A DNA stretch of 64,000 nucleotides, from NCBI GenBank assembly GCA_965644315.1, contig CBFFRQ010000043.1, forward strand, positions 558,001 through 622,000. Direction: 5' to 3'. This DNA comes from Caecitellus pseudoparvulus (Eukaryota; Protista; Bigyra: Bicosoecida). Position 1 is the first letter of the stretch, and every line of letters begins with the position of its first letter. The notes beneath the pieces are model-generated. The model was not told the origin of the DNA. It did no database searches and saw nothing but the letters and a program-made list of their open reading frames with translations. A program made the translations under genes and the position numbers. Positions 57,639 through 64,000 of this stretch are shown in pieces.

Positions 57639-58016
57639 TGAGTGCTGTCATGGTGAGGATGGCGGCGGCATCGATTGTGGGCACTTGGCTCAATCGCGGA
57701 GTTGGGAGGAGGCGTGGCCAGCACCGACCAAGTCACACAAACAATGCCCCAATGCCCCAAACTGCACTTCACCCCGTGACGACGCAGGCATACCATGTCA
57801 CTGCACAATCGCCCATCAGTGTGCTCGGCCACTTGTCTGCGGTCCTGTCTGCCACAGGTGAGCATGCGCTGGTGCAAGTGCGGAAGTTGCTCCCTCGCAC
57901 GTCAGCTGCGACAAAGCCTCCCCGGCACTCCATCACACCCGCCCACCGCCTCTGCTTTGCAGGATCTAGCAATACAGCGGTATCACACCTGACCTGGCCC
58001 CCATCCATCCATCGCC

Positions 58017-60652
58017 ATGGTGCGTGCGCGTGGGCATGGCGCCTCGCTTTCGCCAGCACTTGCGCCAGAGCGTGTCCCACACACTACAGCAAAGAGCGCG
58101 CCCTGCCCCTCCCCACGCCACAGGCAGCAGCCACAGGACAAGCCTCGAACGGCAGCGCAGCAGCCGCTGCAAGCATCGACAGTACTCAAGCTGGGGTGGT
58201 GGCGGCATGCTTGGGCAAGATGAAGTGCCTTCCAGGCAGAGTCATGGACCACGGCCCCGCACTGCGAGGACTGGCAGCCATTGGGCGCGGCGAAGCGCCT
58301 GCTTCGGGTGATGACGCCCCATCGGCCATGAGCCTGGTGGAGCTGGAAGCTGCACTGCGTGAGGCAGGGAGTGCGCTGCTGGAGCAGGCTGGGCTGTTGG
58401 CGGGGCAGCGTGAGCGAGGTGGTGTGTGTGCTGCGCTGCAGTACCTGTCGTTCCGGTGCTTCACTGCGGTAGATGTGCTGCGGCAAGTGGCGCGCGGTGT
58501 GAGTGCCGATGCTGTGCCGGAGGGTGACGCATTGTGGGGCGCCATTGTGGGTGCTTGGGGCAGTGTGCGGAGCGGCGTGAATGTGGAGGGTGCACTGGCT
58601 GATCTGACACGATGGTGGCAGGGCTTCGAGGTGGCGGTTGTGGACGCGGCTGGTGAGGGTGGCTCTGTCACACATGATGCCGGTGGCGAGTCGGCGACGG
58701 ATGCGGCTTTGGCTGGCATGCGTCAGCAGGCTGAGTGGCTGCGAGGCGAGGCGGCAGGCGATCTGACGAGTGAGAGTGCTGCGGTGCACTTGGAGTGTGC
58801 CGTGAGTGCGGTGGAGGAGCTGCGTGGACTGCTGGGGTGTGGGCCGGTGATGAGTGGCCGGAAGGTGAAGGCTGTGCGTGGCTTGGACTTGTCGGGCGGC
58901 TTGGAGTGCCTGAACGGCAAGGATGTGAGTGTGTACAATGGAAAGAGTCGCATTGAGGATGAGGATGTTGGTGGAGCTAGTGATGTGGAGCGTTGGGCAG
59001 CAAATGCGGAGGCGGGTGCGAGGGCGCTTGCCACAAGTGTTGGCGCTGTGAAGCTTGGCGAAGCGGCTCGCATCGCCAATGGACTGCCGCGGATGGCACA
59101 GACTCCATACAAAGCAGCACTGACGCATAGTTACCCTGGAAGTCGAGCTGATGAGCCGGTTGGCGAGCGGAGCAGTGTCACAGTGCAGGTGCAATGTGAG
59201 GCGGGGTGGCCGCTGAGGTTGTTCCTGGAGGATGAAGCGTGGGGCGATATTGAGCTGGATGTGAAGCAGCGCGTGGCTGTGCGGGTGCTGGGGGCGTGTG
59301 CTGTGGCGGAAGCATGTGGGGTGAGTCTGAATGGTGTGGGTGTGGGGAGCTTCGTGGTGGTGGGTGTGGGGAGTAGCAGTGTGGGTGATCTGGTGGGCGC
59401 ACTGGATGGGGGCGGGTGTGAGGTGGTGTTGAGTGCATGTGGCGGTGTGTGGGGCACAGGTCACGCTGATAGTGGCAGCCGTGGTAGTGAGGGTGGTGGG
59501 GCGTTGGGTGTGTTGCATGAGGTGCTTGGTGTGGGAGGTGGTGCGTGGGTCGGCAGATCGGGCATTGGGTCAAGCTTCGTCGGCAGCGGTGAAGGTGGCG
59601 AACATGCATTGTCAAGCGCATTGGAGGTGTTGTCGCGAGGAGGGAGTGGTTGCTGCATGGGTGCATATGCGATGGCGTGTTTGGGAAGTAAAGGTGAGGT
59701 GGGGCTTCTGTCGGATGTGGAGAGTGCTGTGCGGGGTGTGCTTCATCGCGAGCAGGCAGCTGCTGAGGCAGGTCAGGCGCGGGCTGGGCATGCCCCTGGG
59801 CAAGAGAAGTTCAGTAAGAAGAACACCACTGAGTTTGTGGCAGCGTGCAAGGATGGTAATCTTGCGAGAGTGCATGAGCTGCTTGCATTGACGGGGGATG
59901 AAGCAGTGGATGTGCACGTGGCGGATGTTGGTGGACCCGAGGCCTCCTTTCGATGGGCATGCCGCTGGGGTCACACCGAAATCGTGCGAAAGCTGTTGGG
60001 TCTCACTGGGGCAAGGACTGTGGACGTGCATGCAGCAGGGTGGGATGGGCCCGAGGCCGCCTTTCGGGCCGCATGTACAAATGGCCATGCAGACATCGTG
60101 CGAGAGCTACTGATCCTCACTGGAGAACGTGAAGTGGATGTGCATGCAGAGTCTAACGGCGGACCCGAGGCCGCTTTCCGTGGCGCGTGCTTCCTTGGCC
60201 GTACCACCATTGTTCGGTGGTTGTTGTCTCTGTCCGGTGCGAGGGCAGTTGATGTGCATGCAGCAGACGGGCATGGGCCTGAGGCTGCCTTGCGGGCTGC
60301 ATGCCGCAATGGTCACACGGACATCGTGTATGAGCTGTTGGGCCTCACTGGTGCGCGGGAAGTCGATGTGCATGCAGCAGATGAAGATGGACCTGAGGCT
60401 GCCTTCCGAGGGGCATGCAGGGGCGGCCACACAGACATAGTGCGTCGGCTGTTGGCGCTTAGGGGCGATCGAGCAGTTGATGTACATGCATCAGATAGCG
60501 TTGGACCTGAGGCTCCCTTTCGAGAGGCATGCACCAATGGCCACACAGGCATCATGCGCGTGTTCCTTAAGCTTTCTGGGGATCGCAAGATACCAGACAG
60601 CGTGCGGCAGGAGCAAGCAGCTCGAATGCCGTGGCTACAGCACTTGTTTTGA
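58017..60652 (+). CDS. Variable ankyrin-array protein B: paralogous N-terminal region, N-cap, 6 x 38-aa ankyrin repeats
   Basis: ATG 58017 followed by intron 58020-58123, the same structure as paralogue A. The N-terminal region is largely identical to A. Ends GDRKIPDSV...PWLQHLF. Confidence 0.9.
59906..60589 (+). repeat. Tandem array of 6 x 114-bp ankyrin-coding units
   Basis: Same 114-bp consensus as 53935-56442. Confidence 0.93.
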
Positions 60653-60956
60653 CCCCAGCCATCAAAATAATGACAAACATTTTACTGGTCACCCTGTCTC
60701 TAACACTAAGACTCCTCCTCACTTCTTCTCAGCCACACTTGACGCCTCATGTCATACCTGCCTTTCCTCTTCTCTGTGCAAGCATCCTCCGCTCGGCTCC
60801 TCCACAAGAAAGCCATCAGGACGCCTGTCGCATCAAAAAATCCAGCAAAAGTTTCAAGTTTTCATTCATCGAGCCGCAAACAAGCAAGCCTCCCCACACA
60901 CCACTCGCTTTCTCAACTGCATTGTCCACCCCCCCACACCTCCATACACCAGCCTC

Positions 60957-63900
60957 TCACACCTCCTCCCTCGCACGCTTCCTGCCCTTCCCACTACCAC
61001 CTCGCAGCACCTTCAGCTTGTCCATGCGCTTCGCCACGTGGCGCTTCTTCGCCTGTGCCTTCCGACTACGGCGTGCGGCAGCTGCTGCCGGGTTCACCAC
61101 CGCCTCCTGGGCCACCTGCTTCGCCCGCCGCTCCTTCGCCGCCGCCCTGGCCCGCCGCTCGCCGTTGTACGCCGTCAGGAACACATCTGCGCCCATGGCA
61201 GCCTGCACCGCCTCCATGACCTCCGATGCCAAGGCGCCTGCCTCCGCTGCAGCAGCCGCCTGCTGTGCTTGCTCTGACCAAGATGGCGCATCGGCCAGGC
61301 GGGGGTCGCTGGCCACGTGCTCTGCTGCCTGCACAGTGCGGAACACTGCCCGTGCCACCGGCACCACGTAGCGCTGCAGGTCTGCCTGGGGCAAGTGCCC
61401 AGCCATGGCCCCGAACACGTTCAGCGCCGTGGTGGCCGCCGGCCCGCCCTTGTGCACTGCCGTGTTGCTGAGGCGCTGCAGCAGCCAGAACAGCGGGTCC
61501 CGCGCACCGCCGTCGTCGTCGTGGGCGGTGTGTGTGGAGGGCGGGTTGTCCCGCTTCACCTTGCCGCCCACCACCTCCACGCCACCCACGAGCAGGGTGG
61601 ACTTGCCGGCCAACCGAGCAGTGCGCTCGGCGAGGTGGGGTGGGATGGTATTGCGGGAGCTGGGCGGCGTCGTAGCGTACAGCCCCACCGCCGTGAACAG
61701 TAGCACCGGCGCCAAAGCCGTGCCCTGCTCCCTGCTCAGCGTCCCGTCCGCCAGCTGCACACAGGCTGCCCGGGCCAGGGCGAACAGGCGCTCATCCCCA
61801 GCCAGCCACGCCGCCACGCCAGGTGGTGGGGGGCAGCTCCCCACGCTCGCCACTGCCACGGTGTTCAGGACGGCGCCCAGCCACCTGGCTGCTGCAGCCC
61901 GCACCCACGCGTGAGGGAACACCATGATGTCGGTCAGGGCATCCAGAGACGTCCACAGCGCACTGTGCAGTGTGACCGCAGTGGTGGTGGCGTCTGACTC
62001 TTGCGCCTTCCCTGCCTTGCGCCGCCGCTTCGTGCCGCTGGCAGGCGTACCACCACTGCCACTGCCACCGGCCGCTGCCTCGCTCAGCACACGGGGATGT
62101 GCCTCCCACAGACGCTGCAGGAGGGTGCAGGCGTAGTACGCCGTGTCCCACGGCAGGGCTGCGGCAGCCTTGCGGGCCTGTGCCTGAGCCGCACGCCGCG
62201 CAGCCACGGCAGGCGTCACCACACGCCCCCACCTGTCCACATCCCCGTCACCGCTGGCATCACTGTCGTCGCCCTCCAGCTCCCCGCCGCCACCCGCCAC
62301 TCCACTCGGCACGGCACGTGCAGTGTCAGGAGCACTGGCTTGCCCCGACCCACTCGCCGCACCCAGCAACGCCAGACTGCTCCCCCCTGCCGCCGCGGCA
62401 TCCTCCACGTCACTCCCATCGCTATCACCATCATCCGCCGCTGCGGCGTCCTCCTCCAAGTGCTGGGCGTGCCGCATGGCTGCCGAGGCAGCATCACTCG
62501 CCTGCGCCTCCTGCACGCCCTCCGGTTCAGGCGCCAGGGCTGATCCATCACCCCCATCGCCCGATCCCCACCAGTCATGCCCAAACGTCTCCCTCCCTGC
62601 AGCAGCCTTCGCCTCGCTCGCCGCCAGCTTGCTCGCGTACACGCCAGCCAGCTCCTCCTCGGCACTGCGCATGGCACGCACAGCACTGGCCACCTCCTCC
62701 GCTGCCCGGTTCATAGCCTTGGCCAGACGACGCCCCACCAGCAGCTCAGGACTGCTGGCGCCCGCCAAGCTCAGGGTGTGCAGCCCCACCCGGCGCATGG
62801 CTCCACCCGCCTCGCCACCTGCCCACGACGCAGCCATGTCCAGGAGGCTGCCTGCCTGCCCAGGCTCCACGCTCGCCAGCAGGCTCTGCAGCACGGCGCC
62901 CACACCAGCACGCACTTGCAGCATGGGCTCCAGACCCAGCCGCTGCACGAGGGCCACGAACATGGGCGCCGCGTGCTCCGCCAGCACCGGCGGCGGAAAC
63001 TGCTTGATGATGGCCAGCAGCATGTCCAGGACTGCCAGCCGCCCCGCCTGCTGGGAGTACGCCAGGTTGGCCAGGAAGAAGTGCATGTACCCTGCCAGGC
63101 GCTTGGCCGACAGCGGGTAGTGCAGGAGGTACGTGAGGAAGACACGCGCACACTGCGCCCGGGTGGCAGGCCGCGTGCCCTGCACCATGAAGTGAGACAC
63201 CGCGTCCATCGTCTCGTACAGCTCAGGTGCCATGAGGCGGCGTGTGACGATGCACCGCAGCAGCTGCAGCGTCGCGCCGGCCCGCTGGGGGTGCTGCAGG
63301 TCTGCCGCCACCAGCACCAGCAGCGCCGACAGCTGGCCCTCGCTGATGGTCGCCCCACGCAGGTGCTTCAGCATGGCCACAGTGGCCCGGGCCGCACACT
63401 GTGCCAAGGCATCCCGCACTGGGCCAGCGGACCGCCCGCCCCCTGCCGTGGACCGCACGTGCCGCAGGATGGCCTTGGAGATGCCCTTGGCGTTGGGCTC
63501 CATGGACGGCAGGGCTGCAGTGTGCGGCAGCAGCAGGGTCAGACCGCGCAGGGCCAGCGTCAGCAGGTCGCTCTGCCGCGTGCTGGTCAGTGTGTGGGCC
63601 AGCAGCGGCACGAAGGGGTCCAGGTCAGGGAGGGTGCCGCCTTCCTCCGCAGGGGCCAGGGACACCACCCGCTTGCGCAGGGACGCCTGCAGCAGGTTCA
63701 GCCCCAGCCACACCAGCTTGCCAGCGGCCAGGGCATTGCCGCCACTGGACCCCACGGACTCGGACAGCCCGTCCCGCGTCCACACGTACCGGCCCGTCCC
63801 CGTCATGCGTGGCTCGGGCGCGATCTTGTGTGTGTCTGTGGGGAAGGCCGTGATGCCCAGTGCTGCGGCAGATGCTGAGCGGGGCGTCGGGGCGCCTGTG

Positions 63901-64000
63901 GACGCCTGTGGCGCAGCAGGTGCTGAACCACCCTCCCCACCACCACCATCGCCCTCCTCCTCAAACACCGCCGCCAATCGCGCAGCCGCTGACGAGATGG
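60957..64000 (-). CDS. UTP20: U3 snoRNP/SSU processome component UTP20, 3' part (5' end outside window)
   Basis: LDPFVPLL, PELYETMD.V, R.QC..VFL.YLLHYPL..KRL...FFLANL.Y....GRLAVLDML, HAWVR, and the basic C-terminus V.NPAAAAARR.RK...KK. Confidence 0.93.
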   Translation of the reverse strand, partial: ISSAAARLAAVFEEEGDGGGGEGGSAPAAPQASTGAPTPRSASAAALGITAFPTDTHKIAPEPRMTGTGRYVWTRDGLSESVGSSGGNALAAGKLVWLGLNLLQASLRKRVVSLAPAEEGGTLPDLDPFVPLLAHTLTSTRQSDLLTLALRGLTLLLPHTAALPSMEPNAKGISKAILRHVRSTAGGGRSAGPVRDALAQCAARATVAMLKHLRGATISEGQLSALLVLVAADLQHPQRAGATLQLLRCIVTRRLMAPELYETMDAVSHFMVQGTRPATRAQCARVFLTYLLHYPLSAKRLAGYMHFFLANLAYSQQAGRLAVLDMLLAIIKQFPPPVLAEHAAPMFVALVQRLGLEPMLQVRAGVGAVLQSLLASVEPGQAGSLLDMAASWAGGEAGGAMRRVGLHTLSLAGASSPELLVGRRLAKAMNRAAEEVASAVRAMRSAEEELAGVYASKLAASEAKAAAGRETFGHDWWGSGDGGDGSALAPEPEGVQEAQASDAASAAMRHAQHLEEDAAAADDGDSDGSDVEDAAAAGGSSLALLGAASGSGQASAPDTARAVPSGVAGGGGELEGDDSDASGDGDVDRWGRVVTPAVAARRAAQAQARKAAAALPWDTAYYACTLLQRLWEAHPRVLSEAAAGGSGSGGTPASGTKRRRKAGKAQESDATTTAVTLHSALWTSLDALTDIMVFPHAWVRAAAARWLGAVLNTVAVASVGSCPPPPGVAAWLAGDERLFALARAACVQLADGTLSREQGTALAPVLLFTAVGLYATTPPSSRNTIPPHLAERTARLAGKSTLLVGGVEVVGGKVKRDNPPSTHTAHDDDGGARDPLFWLLQRLSNTAVHKGGPAATTALNVFGAMAGHLPQADLQRYVVPVARAVFRTVQAAEHVASDPRLADAPSWSEQAQQAAAAAEAGALASEVMEAVQAAMGADVFLTAYNGERRARAAAKERRAKQVAQEAVVNPAAAAARRSRKAQAKKRHVAKRMDKLKVLRGGSGKGRKRAREEV

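Larger units (their letters stand above)
51650..59905 (+). repeat. Direct segmental duplication: ~51650-53900 versus ~57685-59900 (upstream region, introns and N-terminal coding region)
   Basis: Long shared strings in both copies, e.g. gttgggaggaggcgtggccagcaccgacca, gccccaatgccccaaactgcacttcaccccgtgacgacgcaggcataccatgtcactgcacaatcgcccatcagtgtgc, gaagtgccttccaggcagagtcatggaccacggccccgcactgcgagg. Confidence 0.93.

Noticed and set aside
57626-58016. N-terminal extension of ankyrin gene B given by the ORF track
   Set aside because: The homologous region in copy A is not in frame with its main ORF, and both copies show matching splice signals after ATG 51982/58017. It is more likely UTR or intron.
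51400-60900. Transposon, endogenous virus/virophage or diversity-generating retroelement
   Set aside because: No transposase, integrase, reverse transcriptase, capsid, TIR/LTR or non-coding template repeat is visible, and variation is not restricted to adenines.

Overview
A GC-rich, very gene-dense eukaryotic nuclear segment with short GT-AG introns. Composition and gene content suggest a flagellated protist, possibly a heterotrophic stramenopile, but the taxon is only inferred. About 30 genes are present. Most are conserved housekeeping genes: Patched/NPC1-like, Alba/Rpp25-like, ceramide synthase, ORC4, dynein light chain, PEX13, dephospho-CoA kinase, a GPCR, a lipase, ATG101, eIF3K, RRP45, cactin, ARPC3, anoctamin, CANT1-type apyrase, DDI1, SLC10, CNOT9, U2AF35 and the 3' part of UTP20. 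The most striking feature is an accessory locus at about 51.5-60.7 kb. It holds two tandem paralogues that share a ~600-aa unassigned N-terminal region and carry arrays of exact 114-bp/38-aa ankyrin repeats (22 versus 6 units). The repeat framework is nearly invariant, and variation is concentrated at the ligand-binding positions randomised in DARPins. There is direct evidence of intra-array module shuffling, so this is a candidate diversifying receptor (natural DARPin-library) system. Other notable items are a helicase-dead UvrD plus Fe-S PD-(D/E)XK nuclease of bacterial AddB/AdnA type, a jacalin-like domain fused to an ABCB half-transporter, a dynein microtubule-binding domain outside a dynein heavy chain, and a candidate structured ncRNA at about 19.86-20.11 kb. 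Gene boundaries for spliced genes are manual estimates.
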